Shown here: positions 19,831-29,775 of the stretch, in pieces
Layout of the letters: each line of letters starts with the position of its first letter
How positions within the stretch are numbered: the first letter of the stretch is position 1
Program-made: the position numbers and the translations under genes
The notes under the pieces: model-generated
The model's database searches: none
What the model was told of the DNA's origin: nothing
What the model saw: only the letters and a program-made list of their open reading frames with translations
NCBI GenBank assembly: GCA_020072565.1
Contig: JAIQGI010000010.1
Span: 64,592 to 128,591, forward strand
From: Terriglobia bacterium
GTDB lineage: Bacteria > Acidobacteriota > UBA6911
Direction of reading: 5' to 3'
Length of the DNA: 64,000 bases

Positions 19831-21102
19831 ATGATATTCTGCCCGCACCAAGGAAAGCAAACTGCTATCAATATGCCAGGAGAAGACGCTGAGCCCGTAA
19901 CCGTTCTGATGGTCGCCATTGGCGGCTACGGATTCCATTATCTGAAGACTCTGCTCGATGAGCTGCCGCCCTCGCGTTGCCGACTAGCGGGTGTTGTGGA
20001 CCCGATGGCAGAGCGCTCGCTGCTGTGGCCGGTTGTGAGCCACTTTGGCATTCCGGCCTGTTCGTCCATCGACGAGTTCTATGAGGAAGGCCACCACGCC
20101 GATCTGGCCGTGATCTCCTCGCCGATTCACTGGCATGTGCCGCAGAGCCTCGTTGCGCTGTCTCGCGGGTCTTCGGTCCTCTGCGACAAGCCGCTGGGAG
20201 CGACGATCCAGGAGGCCCGGGAACTCGTCGAGGGCAGGGACCACTCCGGCCGCTGGGTCATGATCGGCTACCAGTGGTCGTACTCCAGAGCGATACTCGC
20301 ACTCAAGCGCGACATCCTGGCCGGCCTCTTCGGGTGCCCCAGGCGGCTCTCGACGCTCTGTTGCTGGCCCCGGGACTCGGGTTACTACGGCCGCAACGAC
20401 TGGGCCGGCCGTCTCCTGGATCAGCCTACGGGACGCTGGGTGCTCGATAGCCCCGCGAACAACGCGATGGCGCATTTCCTTCACAATCTCCTCTTCGTCC
20501 TTGGGTCTGAAATGCACCTGAGCGCGCAGCCGCGATCGGTGCAGGCCGAGATGTACCGGGCCAATTCGATCGAGAGTGCCGACACGGCTGCGTGCCGGGT
20601 GCTGACCGAGAATGGCACCGAGCTGCTGTTTTACGCATCCCACGCGACTGAGCGGGCCATTGACCCGCGTTTCCACTTTGAGTTCGAGGAGGCGGTTATC
20701 ACCTGCGGCGAGGAGGGGGGTGAGATCGTGGCTCTGGACCGCAAGGGAAACCTCAAGTCCTACGGCGCGCCGGATGACACATCGCAGTTCCGGAAACTGG
20801 TCGCCGCCATTGACTACGTGAGGGGTGAGGGCACGATCGCCTGCGGCCCCGAGGCCGCCATGGCGCAGACGCTCTGCGTCAACGGCATGCATGACTCGGT
20901 GTTTGAAATTCCATCGTTCCCGGTTATGCAGGTGCGCCGGGAGGGGGCGCCCGGGCGCATGATCGTCGCCGGCCTCGACGACACCCTCCTGTGTTGCTAT
21001 CGCCAGGGGAAGCTTCCCCGCGAAACCGGTGTCGCGTGGGCGGTCGCAGGCCGGTCGGTCAGTCTCTCCGATTACCGCTGTTTCCCGGGTGGAGCATCAT
21101 GA
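19831..21102 (+). CDS. Gfo/Idh/MocA-like NAD(P)-dependent oxidoreductase
   Basis: N-terminal Rossmann-like segment (VTVLMVAIGGYGFHYLKTLLDEL...VVDP) and central/C-terminal alpha/beta domain typical of the family. Alternative start at in-frame ATG 19873. Stop overlaps the next gene start (ATGA). Confidence 0.5.
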   Translation: MIFCPHQGKQTAINMPGEDAEPVTVLMVAIGGYGFHYLKTLLDELPPSRCRLAGVVDPMAERSLLWPVVSHFGIPACSSIDEFYEEGHHADLAVISSPIHWHVPQSLVALSRGSSVLCDKPLGATIQEARELVEGRDHSGRWVMIGYQWSYSRAILALKRDILAGLFGCPRRLSTLCCWPRDSGYYGRNDWAGRLLDQPTGRWVLDSPANNAMAHFLHNLLFVLGSEMHLSAQPRSVQAEMYRANSIESADTAACRVLTENGTELLFYASHATERAIDPRFHFEFEEAVITCGEEGGEIVALDRKGNLKSYGAPDDTSQFRKLVAAIDYVRGEGTIACGPEAAMAQTLCVNGMHDSVFEIPSFPVMQVRREGAPGRMIVAGLDDTLLCCYRQGKLPRETGVAWAVAGRSVSLSDYRCFPGGAS

Positions 21103-22178
21103 CCTCGCGTGAGCTGGTGCGACGCACTCTCGAGTTCGCCTCGCCGCCGGCGGTGCCGCGGCAGATCTGGATTTTGCCGTGGGCGGAACAGCATTACCCC
21201 GCCGCGGTTGCGAAACTGCGTGCTGAGTTTCCGGATGACATCGTGACCGCGCCGGCGCTCTATCGCGCGCCGCTGCCGATCGTCGGCAATCGCTACGAGA
21301 GGGGCATTTATATCGATGAGTGGGGCTGCCGATTTACGAACATCCACGGGGGCGTCATCGGAATCGTCAAGGAGCCGGTTGTCCGCGGCTGGGATGATCT
21401 TGATCATTTCCGTACGCCGGACGCCACCTTGGCTGTCGACCGCGGGGGTGTCAACGGCTTCTGCCGGAACACCGACCGCTTCGTGCTCGCCGGCACCCTG
21501 GTGCGTCCGTTCGAACGCCTCACCTTCATCCGTACTATGGAGCAGGCTTTGATGGACCTGGCAGAGCAGCCGCCCGAGTTGTTCCACCTGTTGGGACGCA
21601 TCCACAACCACTATCTGAGAGAGGTCGAGGCGTGGGCTCGGACCGAAGTCGACGCCATCGTGTTGATGGACGACTGGGGCACACAGCAACGCATGATGAT
21701 CGCGCCGGACCTCTGGCGCCGGATTTTCAAGCCCTTTTACCGCGAATACAACGAGATCGCCCGCCGTCACGGCAAGTACGTGTTCATGCACTCGGACGGC
21801 TATATCACCGACATCATTCCCGACCTCATCGAGGTCGGTGTGAATGCGCTCAACAGCCAGATCAAGTGCATGGGGGCGGTGGACCTGGGTCGGCGATTCC
21901 GCGGCCGGATCACCTTCTGGGGGGAGATGGACCGTCAGGAACTGCTCGCCTTCGGATCGACGGACGAAGTGCGACGCGCCGTCAGTGAAGCGCGTGCGAA
22001 CTTGTATGCGAACGGAGGTGTGATCGCCCAGTGCGAGTTCGGCCCCGGGGCAAAGCCCGAGAATGTATTCGCGGTCTTCCGCGCCTGGAGAGACCAGGAC
22101 GAGGCTCAGAGAATATTGATCGCAGATAAAGGCCCATCGCGGCCCGGTCCTTGCCACGATCCGCGTTCATCTGCGTAA
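21099..22178 (+). CDS. uroporphyrinogen decarboxylase (URO-D)/MtaA-CmuA-like family protein
   Basis: URO-D-family TIM-barrel resemblance from the N-terminus (MTSRELVRRTLEF...P.QIWILPWA...). Start moved from 20991 to ATG 21099 (GGGTGGAG SD), giving the ATGA overlap with the upstream gene. Confidence 0.6.
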   Translation: MTSRELVRRTLEFASPPAVPRQIWILPWAEQHYPAAVAKLRAEFPDDIVTAPALYRAPLPIVGNRYERGIYIDEWGCRFTNIHGGVIGIVKEPVVRGWDDLDHFRTPDATLAVDRGGVNGFCRNTDRFVLAGTLVRPFERLTFIRTMEQALMDLAEQPPELFHLLGRIHNHYLREVEAWARTEVDAIVLMDDWGTQQRMMIAPDLWRRIFKPFYREYNEIARRHGKYVFMHSDGYITDIIPDLIEVGVNALNSQIKCMGAVDLGRRFRGRITFWGEMDRQELLAFGSTDEVRRAVSEARANLYANGGVIAQCEFGPGAKPENVFAVFRAWRDQDEAQRILIADKGPSRPGPCHDPRSSA

Positions 22179-22219
22179 GGCTGCGGTTCTTTTCGAGGAC
22201 AGGAAAGGAGGAGTAGGCG

Positions 22220-24592
22220 ATGATGCAGGCGCACAAGGGAACAGTCTTCGCTCTGGTCCTGTTATCGGCCTTGGCAGTGCCGCCGTTGCTGCTTCACCAC
22301 GCGTCATCCGCAGTTCCGCAGGGCACGACGGTTCGAGCCGCGCCGGTCATCCCTCGCGATCGCTACCTCCAATACGCCCGCGCGGCCGCCGATTGGACGT
22401 GGGATCACCAGGGCGAAATCCTCAAGCAGTGGCGCGCGACTTTTGATCCGGAAAGCCCCTTCGGCTATCGGGCCCCCGGCGGCCTGATCGATATGGCTCT
22501 CATCTACTCCTATCTCTTCGAGAAGGAGGGCAATGCTGTCTACGCCGAGCGCGCGAAAAACGTGCTGCTCACCTATGGCGACTACCGCTCACAGTTCCCG
22601 GAGTCGGCTGCCAGGAAGCGACCCGACTACTCGAACGGCGTGCCGGCGCTGCCTGACTTTTTTGTCGTGATGCGGTTCGTGCGGGCCTACGATACGCTTC
22701 ACCGCCTGGGAAAGCTCTCAACCGCCGAAGCGGTCGCGGTGGAATCGCTGGTCGCGCACAGCATGGACTATCTGCTGCAGACATCCGAGTGGGGCACGAT
22801 GAACCGGACGATGTTGCGCGCCGAATCGCTGGCGTGGGCCGTACGGGCCATGAAGAACCATCCGCGCGCGGCCGCCTATGAGACCCAGCGCCGGGCGCTC
22901 GGCGACGATAACTGGGGCAACTGGGAGATCGAAGACGCGACCATCTATCACGGCGTCTGGGTCTACGCGCTGCTCGGCTACTCCGACGCGCTCGGTCGCA
23001 TGGACGAGCTCTTCAAGACACCCGAGTTTTATTACTACACCCACTACTTCCTGAATCTGATGTCGCCGGCGGCTGTCGTGCCCGATTTCGGCGACGCCCA
23101 GTGGACGTCGAACTGGCAGCACTTCCTGGTCTTCTTCGAGGCCGCGGCTGCACGGCTGAACGAGCCGACGATGAAATGGGCCGCGCAAGCGATCGCGGCG
23201 AAGTTCGTCGATTTCAAAAATCCTACGAGCGCGGGCCTCGGCTGCTTCCTGCTCGACGCGTATCGCTGGGGCCGCGACGATGTGGCGGCCACCCCGCCGG
23301 CAACATTGAGTGGGGAGGTCATGGAGGACGTGCAGGGCAAGAAAGTTGTGTTCCGCAACGGCTGGAGGCCCGATGCGACCTACCTCCTCCTCAATTACCG
23401 TGACGAGGGGGACGGCGGCCTGAACTTCCGCGATTATCTGCGTGATTCGATCCCGGTCGAGGAAGAGAAGATGACCCACGGCCATGCCGATGAAAACAGC
23501 GTCGTCCTCCTCATGTCGGGCGGGTCGGTGCTGCTTCACGACGGCGGGTACCGCGACTACATGCCGAGCGGGCCATTCGGTGCCTATCGGCAGGACTACT
23601 TCCACAACCGGCTGATAGTGCGCCCGGAAAAGATCTTCATGGGTCAGAAGGAGGGCGAACAGCGTTACAGCACGAAGGAGCCGGTGCCGGCGCAACCGCT
23701 CTTCGAGTTCCTGCGTGACGCGGGCTCGTATCGTCCGATTCGGACCAGAAAGGTCGACTTCCTGGCATTGCCCGAGTTCGACTACAGCCGGACCCGGCTC
23801 ATCGACGATGGCTGGAAATATGATTCAGATCGGGTGGTAGTGTATGTGAAGGACCCGGAAATGTTCGTCGTCTTCGACATCTTCAAGTCAGCGACCGCGG
23901 AGTACTTCACGCTGGCAAACCTCTGGCACACGCGGCAGATCCTGGCACGCGGCGAGCACTGGTATGACACCGTGTACGACGTGATCGGCACCGAGAAGCT
24001 CCCGACCGATCGGCGGTTGCTCATCTGCTTCCCACAGACCCATTACCGGCTCGAAGGCATCGAACCGGTGAAGCGGCACTACCAGGATGAACAGACGATT
24101 TACCAGATGACCGCCAGTCATTTCGAGCCGACCCACACCGAGGGCTTCGTAACCGTCCTTGTCCCGCACGGGAAAGACCAATCGCCTTCGACCCTGGTGG
24201 ACCGCCTGCGCTTCATCGAGACCGTCCCCGCGCGCACGGGCATGGCTGTGAGGATCGAAGCCGGAGGCCGCGTGATCACCGTCGGCGTCAAGAACGACCT
24301 GCGCATGGACATCGCGCGGGACTGGCGCCGGCCGCGGTATGTCTATGAAAAAGGGAAGATCGCGTACGGATCGCTAGAAACGGACGGTGACCTGGTGTTC
24401 GCTTCGGAAAACAAGGGAGAACTCTCGTACACCATTGTCAATATGACGAGAGCGCAGCGCGGTGAGCAGGTGCTCTTTCAGAACGGCCAGTCGTTCCACG
24501 GCTTGCCTTTCGACGCGTCGACCGATACCGGCGGCGTCGACAAGGTGCGTTACTGGCGCGACACCGTGAGGATTGACACCCGTGGCAAGTGA
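22220..24592 (+). CDS. secreted heparinase II/III-like polysaccharide lyase family protein
   Basis: AAGGAGGAG SD 7 nt upstream. Signal peptide (MMQAHKGTVFALVLLSALAVPPLLL). C-terminal HGHADENSVVLLMSGGSVLLHDGGY matches the heparinase II/III-like domain signature; N-terminal alpha/alpha-toroid region. Confidence 0.55.
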   Translation: MMQAHKGTVFALVLLSALAVPPLLLHHASSAVPQGTTVRAAPVIPRDRYLQYARAAADWTWDHQGEILKQWRATFDPESPFGYRAPGGLIDMALIYSYLFEKEGNAVYAERAKNVLLTYGDYRSQFPESAARKRPDYSNGVPALPDFFVVMRFVRAYDTLHRLGKLSTAEAVAVESLVAHSMDYLLQTSEWGTMNRTMLRAESLAWAVRAMKNHPRAAAYETQRRALGDDNWGNWEIEDATIYHGVWVYALLGYSDALGRMDELFKTPEFYYYTHYFLNLMSPAAVVPDFGDAQWTSNWQHFLVFFEAAAARLNEPTMKWAAQAIAAKFVDFKNPTSAGLGCFLLDAYRWGRDDVAATPPATLSGEVMEDVQGKKVVFRNGWRPDATYLLLNYRDEGDGGLNFRDYLRDSIPVEEEKMTHGHADENSVVLLMSGGSVLLHDGGYRDYMPSGPFGAYRQDYFHNRLIVRPEKIFMGQKEGEQRYSTKEPVPAQPLFEFLRDAGSYRPIRTRKVDFLALPEFDYSRTRLIDDGWKYDSDRVVVYVKDPEMFVVFDIFKSATAEYFTLANLWHTRQILARGEHWYDTVYDVIGTEKLPTDRRLLICFPQTHYRLEGIEPVKRHYQDEQTIYQMTASHFEPTHTEGFVTVLVPHGKDQSPSTLVDRLRFIETVPARTGMAVRIEAGGRVITVGVKNDLRMDIARDWRRPRYVYEKGKIAYGSLETDGDLVFASENKGELSYTIVNMTRAQRGEQVLFQNGQSFHGLPFDASTDTGGVDKVRYWRDTVRIDTRGK

Positions 24593-26165
24593 GACCCGAA
24601 TCCGGACCGGCCGGCGCGAGTTCGACGAATTGTATCCGCTCGTGCGCTCGTTCCTCGAGCGCGACATCCTGGATCTGTCAATCGACGGGCAGCGCATCCG
24701 GGGGTACAGGTCGGCGGACACGCGCTCGATCTGGATCCGCGACCATGGCGACATGATGCGGACGTTCCGATACTTCGAGCGCGACGTGACCAGCGCCATC
24801 CGGCACTTCTCGGAGACCCAGGCGGAGAGCGGCCGCATCTTCGATTACTTCACTACCTTCCCGGAGAAGCTGCCGAGCGAACGGGAGAACTGGACCAAGT
24901 ACGTGCGCGTGCCGGTCGAAGCCGATGTCGAGTACCGCTTCGTCAAGGCCGCGTGGCTCGCGTGGCAGGCAACGGGCGACGATGCCTGGATTCGACAGCT
25001 GATGCCCCGGATGGAGAAGGCGCTGGCCTACATCACATCGCACCCGTGGTACTGGGACCGCATCCGCGGCCTGGTGAAGCGGGCCTACACGATCGACACC
25101 TGGGACTTCGCTTACACGGCAGGCCGACATGACTGGCTCCAGTTTCAGATCACCGACGACACGTTCTGGGGCATCCTGCACGGCGACAACAGCGGCTACT
25201 ATCAAGCGTTTCTCATCATGGCGGCGTTATGGCGGCGGTTCGGCGAGCAGGCGCGGGCTGGCGAGTGGGAGGCGCGCGCTGCAACCTTGCGCGACAATCT
25301 GAACCGGATTTGTTGGAACGGCCGTTTCTACACCCACTTCGTAAAGATTACTGACGCCGTGATCCCCGGCGTGGACGAAGCGGAGCAGCTCAGCCTGAGC
25401 AATCCGATGGATATCAATCGCGGGGCGGCAACCCACGAGCAAGCGGTCTCGATCCTGCGCGAGTATCAGCGCAGGCGGGATGAACGCCGGGCGTTCGCCG
25501 AGTGGTTCTCAATCGACCCGCCGTTTCCCGACGGAGTGTTCGGCGATGAGCGCCTCGTGCGTGGCGCGTACTGCAACGGCGGCATCATGCCGCTCGTCGG
25601 AGGAGAGCTGGCGCGGGCTGCGCTCGGGCACGGGTTCGAGGCATACGGCGTGGACATCCTGCGCCGGTATTTCGACCTGGTGTCGAAAACGGGCTCAACC
25701 TACCTCTGGTATTTTCCGGACGGCAGGCCGAGCAGCATAGAGACCAGCACGAGTCCGGAAGCGTCTCCGACAGACGGCTGGGGATCGAGTGCGATGTGCT
25801 GGGCACTGACAGAAGGCCTGGCAGGGGTCGTGGATCGAGGCCGGGGATTTGACTGTGTGGAAATCTCGCCGCGCTGGCCGGCGGCCGGCATCGAGGAGGC
25901 GGAAGTTTCAGTCGGCTACGAATGCTCGGAGCGCGGCATCGCCTACCAGGTGCGCGTGCTGCCGGACAAGATCGTGCTCACGGTCGATGCAGATGGATCG
26001 GAAGCCGGATTGCACGTGCTGTTGCCAGCCGGAGCGGAACCACGGGCAGTCCGATGCAACGGGCATGACGTGCCGTTCCACGCCGTGACGGTTGAGCAGA
26101 GCCGTTACGCGGATTTTGATGCCGCCGTCCGAGGAACTGCCCAATTTGAGATTCCGTTTCGTTGA
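24573..26165 (+). CDS. hypothetical protein, possible (alpha/alpha)6-type glycosidase-like
   Basis: 530-aa ORF beginning at TTG 24573 (or GTG 24582), overlapping the upstream stop by 20 or 11 nt. No confident family. Aromatic-rich segments (WYWD, WDFAYTAG, FWGILHGDNSGYY) suggest a carbohydrate-active fold. Confidence 0.35.
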   Translation: MTPVASETRIRTGRREFDELYPLVRSFLERDILDLSIDGQRIRGYRSADTRSIWIRDHGDMMRTFRYFERDVTSAIRHFSETQAESGRIFDYFTTFPEKLPSERENWTKYVRVPVEADVEYRFVKAAWLAWQATGDDAWIRQLMPRMEKALAYITSHPWYWDRIRGLVKRAYTIDTWDFAYTAGRHDWLQFQITDDTFWGILHGDNSGYYQAFLIMAALWRRFGEQARAGEWEARAATLRDNLNRICWNGRFYTHFVKITDAVIPGVDEAEQLSLSNPMDINRGAATHEQAVSILREYQRRRDERRAFAEWFSIDPPFPDGVFGDERLVRGAYCNGGIMPLVGGELARAALGHGFEAYGVDILRRYFDLVSKTGSTYLWYFPDGRPSSIETSTSPEASPTDGWGSSAMCWALTEGLAGVVDRGRGFDCVEISPRWPAAGIEEAEVSVGYECSERGIAYQVRVLPDKIVLTVDADGSEAGLHVLLPAGAEPRAVRCNGHDVPFHAVTVEQSRYADFDAAVRGTAQFEIPFR

Positions 26166-26244
26166 ATATTGCCCGCGAGTCGTGCGCTCCTTGGAGCCTG
26201 CGAGTCCTGGGGTCCTTGGGATGGCACCTAATCCTGGCCTCAAA

Positions 26245-26271
26245 AACTCAAAGACCCTGAGACTCCAAGTC
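26245..26271. repeat. 27-nt intergenic motif copy 2 (AACTCAAAGACCCTGAGACTCCAAGTC)
   Basis: Lies about 35 nt upstream of the 768-aa hypothetical gene start. Contains the internal 5-bp inverted repeat GAGAC-CCAA-GTCTC. Confidence 0.5.
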
Positions 26272-26306
26272 TCGGAGGCTCATGACAGAAAGCCCAGGGA
26301 TTGACT

Positions 26307-28613
26307 ATGACTGTTGCTGAAGCGTTGAAGATGATCCGCCAGGTCCTGATACAGGCTGATGCATCCGAGGTGTTTGAGACGGCCGCCCGAGCTATCGCAT
26401 GCCGCAGCGGCGCGACCGTAGTCAGGCGCGGGCGGATCACTGGGCGCCGGTCGGCCGGCCTTTTCCAACTCGTGGACGCACCGGAACGGTCCAGAGGCGC
26501 TGAGCACGAGCGGGTCGTGATCCGGCTGCGCCGGGATGGATCAGGCATGCTCTCCGCCACTCACAACCGCTTTCTCTTCGCCGCCGTTTCGTACATGCTT
26601 GACGTTCTTGCCGACCACGATTTGAAAGAACTCGAGGATGGCCTCACGCTCACACCGGCGTTTTCGTGGAACCGTCCCTGCTACGACCTCTTCCTCACAC
26701 AGGAAGGCCGCATTCAACACGGCCTGAGCCGCGAGACCTACGTGCGCCGCCTGGCTGAGTGCGGTTTCACCCACCTGGAAGTGAACGGCCTCGCCTTCCC
26801 CATGGGGTTTGAGAGGGGACCGAAGGGAGAGGTGTACCCGATGTTTTACACCTATTGTCCAGCGCTCGATCAGTTCGTCTACTCGAAGTTGAACAAGGGC
26901 CTCTATCCGTTCTACTACCTCTCGGCGAACCTCGCCTATCTGAAGGAGAACGCAGCCCTCGCGCGCAAATTCGGCCTCGTGCCGGGACTGCTGTGCTTCG
27001 AACCGCGGACCGTCCCCGAGGAGTTCTTCACGCGTTATCCCATGCTGCGTGGCGCCCGCGTGGATCACCCGTTCCGCTCCTTCAAGCCTCGCTTTACGCT
27101 GACCATCACCCACCCGCTCGTGCGGGAGCACTACGCCGAGATGATCACAAAGCTGCTCCGCGAGGTCCCTGAGCTGGGTTACCTCACAATCTGGACCAAT
27201 GACAGCGGCTCCGGCTTCGAACACACGAAGTCGCTCTATGTGGGACGCAACGGCGGCGCCTATATGATCCGCGAGTGGAAGGACGACGCGGAGATCGCGC
27301 GGGTTGCAGGAGAATGGGCGCTCACTTTTTTCCGCGGGCTGCGAGATGCCGCACGACGGGTCAACCCGGACTTCCGCGTCATCACCCGCCTCGAATCGTT
27401 CTATGGCGAGCACGACACTATCTGGCGCGGGCTCGAGACGGGCGTCGATGTCGAGACGGCTTCGCTCATAGCGCGCGGCTGGGATATGCCGTACACGCAC
27501 CCGCGCTATCCCGACTCCAAGCAGATCAACGGCGGATCCGTCTACCAACTCCGATTTGCCAGGCGCGAACGGATGCAGATGGCCGAACTCGAAGGCCGCT
27601 CCGCCGACGTCCATTTCTACTTTGCAGCCGGACCACACCAGATGTTCGCTCCGCTCATCGGGGTTCCGTATCCTCGGCTGACACACCGCCGCCTGAAGCT
27701 GCTCCGTAACAACGGCGTGCGTCACCTCGCCCAGATCGGCGGGACCTTTCCGCCCGAACTCGTACCCTGGAACATCAATCATGAAGTGCTCAGGCGGTTC
27801 CAGCTCGACCCGGCAACGAAGATGGACAAGGAGGTGGAAGGACTTGCGCGCCGCTGGGCCGGCAGAGAGCTGGCGCCGATGCTGCTGCGTGCCTGGAGTC
27901 TGGCAGAGGAAGCGATGCTCGCCTTTCCCAATATCTCCACGCTGTATTCGACGATCGGCTTTACGTGGTACCGCCTGTGGGTGCGGCCGTTGGTGCCGAA
28001 TATCGAGGCAATTCCGCGGAAGGATCGGGCGTACTATGAAGACTTCATGTGTACGACGCCGCACAACCCGAACAACGTCGACCTGAGCCGCGACGTCCTC
28101 TTTCGGCTGACCACCGCAGAGAAAAGCCGTCTCGACGTGGCGCGGATTGACGGGGGCGTCTGGCCTGCTCTGGACAAAGCGATCGGGCTGCTGGAATCCG
28201 CGGCGGGTAGGGCCGGTGCGATTCTGGGGAAGGCCAACGTGATCGAGGACCAGACCGTCCGGCTGAAGGCCCTCCGCTGCTGGATCATGACGCAGCGCAA
28301 CGTGGCGGCATGGATTGCGGGTGTTTACGGATGGATGGAGGCCAAGTCCGCGGCTGGAAAGCGCAGGCACCGGGTGCTGCTCGGCAATATGATGCGCATG
28401 GAGATAGCGAACAGCGAGGCGCTGCTGCGCCTGTTCGATTCGGGCGTCGAATTCATGACGACGACCGATTTTGGCGAGACGCCGCTCATGCACGGCCGCA
28501 ATCTCAAGGAGCTGCTGCGGAGGCGTATCGCGCTCATGGAGCGCCATATCGATGACGATCCGTTCATAGATCACGACTACATGATGCGCATGGCAGGCCG
28601 CATCATGCAGTGA
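26307..28613 (+). CDS. large hypothetical protein (768 aa) within the polysaccharide-utilisation cluster
   Basis: Track ORF starts at TTG 26301; ATG at 26307 follows an AGGGA SD. No recognisable family. The antisense 677-aa ORF 26541..28574 is regarded as a GC artefact. Confidence 0.5.
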   Translation: MTVAEALKMIRQVLIQADASEVFETAARAIACRSGATVVRRGRITGRRSAGLFQLVDAPERSRGAEHERVVIRLRRDGSGMLSATHNRFLFAAVSYMLDVLADHDLKELEDGLTLTPAFSWNRPCYDLFLTQEGRIQHGLSRETYVRRLAECGFTHLEVNGLAFPMGFERGPKGEVYPMFYTYCPALDQFVYSKLNKGLYPFYYLSANLAYLKENAALARKFGLVPGLLCFEPRTVPEEFFTRYPMLRGARVDHPFRSFKPRFTLTITHPLVREHYAEMITKLLREVPELGYLTIWTNDSGSGFEHTKSLYVGRNGGAYMIREWKDDAEIARVAGEWALTFFRGLRDAARRVNPDFRVITRLESFYGEHDTIWRGLETGVDVETASLIARGWDMPYTHPRYPDSKQINGGSVYQLRFARRERMQMAELEGRSADVHFYFAAGPHQMFAPLIGVPYPRLTHRRLKLLRNNGVRHLAQIGGTFPPELVPWNINHEVLRRFQLDPATKMDKEVEGLARRWAGRELAPMLLRAWSLAEEAMLAFPNISTLYSTIGFTWYRLWVRPLVPNIEAIPRKDRAYYEDFMCTTPHNPNNVDLSRDVLFRLTTAEKSRLDVARIDGGVWPALDKAIGLLESAAGRAGAILGKANVIEDQTVRLKALRCWIMTQRNVAAWIAGVYGWMEAKSAAGKRRHRVLLGNMMRMEIANSEALLRLFDSGVEFMTTTDFGETPLMHGRNLKELLRRRIALMERHIDDDPFIDHDYMMRMAGRIMQ

Positions 28614-28624
28614 CTGAACAGTAA

Positions 28625-28661
28625 CCGGAACACGACAACAATCTTCCGTGTGTTTCGTGGC
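28625..28661. repeat. post-stop motif copy B (CCGTGTGTTTCGTGGC with imperfect upstream complement)
   Basis: Located 12-48 nt after the stop of the 768-aa hypothetical gene. The right arm is nearly identical to the copy A and C arms; the left arm pairs imperfectly (CGGAA/TTCCG; ACACG/CGTGT). Confidence 0.4.
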
Positions 28662-28677
28662 TTCCAGCGGGAAATCG

Positions 28678-29775
28678 ATGAATTCTCGAGAGCGCCTTCT
28701 TGCGGCATTGGATCGGCAGGTGCCGGATCGCCTGCCGGCGACGACGCATCACCTGATGCCGTCGTTCCTGGCGGGTAGGGGCGGCATCAGTGAGCGAGAA
28801 TTCTTCGACCGCTTCGGCCTCGACGCGATCCGTTGGGTTACGGGCCTGCGCCGCGATGCGACGGGATCTGTCAGAGACTGGCGGGTCGAGCGCGAGGACC
28901 TCCCGGCTCCCCACTACCTCACAACGCGTTTCCACATTATCACCCCGCACGGCTCGCTTTCCATGGTGCTTCAGAACGATGGGCGGACAGATTGGGTGAG
29001 GGAGCGCCTGATCAAAAAGAAGAACGACATCGACCTGATCGCACGTTATGCACCCATCCCTCTCTGCGATACCGAGCAGGTGCAACGTGAGGCCGCCGCC
29101 TTCGGCGCGCGCGGCATCGTGCGCGGTGCCGTCCCCGGCTTCCCGATCTACGGCCAGCCGGGCTGCTGGCAGGACGCAGCCGTGCTCTTCGGCATCGAGG
29201 AGCTGATTGTGGAGACATTCGATGATCCCGCGTGGGTAACCGAGTTGCTGGCCATCCTTCAGCACCGCAAGCTCGTCTGGATCGAATCGGCGCTGGGTGC
29301 GCCCTTTGATCTTCTCGAACTCGGCGGCGGCGACGCCTCCTCTACGGTCATCTCCCCGGCGCTATTCGATCGCTTCGTCGCCCCGTTTGACATACCGCTC
29401 ATCGCCGCCGCGCACCAGGCCGGCCTGCGCATCGTGTATCACACATGTGGCGGGATGATGCCCATACTCGAGCGACTCGTCGAAATGGGACCCGACGCGA
29501 TGGAGACGTTCACACCGCGATCGATGGGCGGAGACGCCGATCTGCGCCAAGCGAAGCAGCGCATCGGCCGGCGCGTCTGCATGATCGGCGGCTTCGACCA
29601 GTTCCACCACTTCGTTGCCTGCACACCGGAAGAAACCCGCCGGGCAGTGCGCGCCTGCTTCGAAGAGGCCGGACAGGGCGGCGGTTACATCCTGGCGCCC
29701 TCCGACCACTTCTTCCAGGCCGATGAAGCGCTCCTGCGCGCATATGGCGATGAGGCTGGATCCTGCAGGTATTGA
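28678..29775 (+). CDS. uroporphyrinogen decarboxylase (URO-D)/MtaA-like family protein, second paralog
   Basis: URO-D-family resemblance (MNSRERLLAALDRQVPDRLP...HHLMPSF...). Start placed at ATG 28678 rather than GTG 28648, because 28646-28661 is occupied by the post-stop hairpin motif of the upstream gene. Confidence 0.6.
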   Translation: MNSRERLLAALDRQVPDRLPATTHHLMPSFLAGRGGISEREFFDRFGLDAIRWVTGLRRDATGSVRDWRVEREDLPAPHYLTTRFHIITPHGSLSMVLQNDGRTDWVRERLIKKKNDIDLIARYAPIPLCDTEQVQREAAAFGARGIVRGAVPGFPIYGQPGCWQDAAVLFGIEELIVETFDDPAWVTELLAILQHRKLVWIESALGAPFDLLELGGGDASSTVISPALFDRFVAPFDIPLIAAAHQAGLRIVYHTCGGMMPILERLVEMGPDAMETFTPRSMGGDADLRQAKQRIGRRVCMIGGFDQFHHFVACTPEETRRAVRACFEEAGQGGGYILAPSDHFFQADEALLRAYGDEAGSCRY

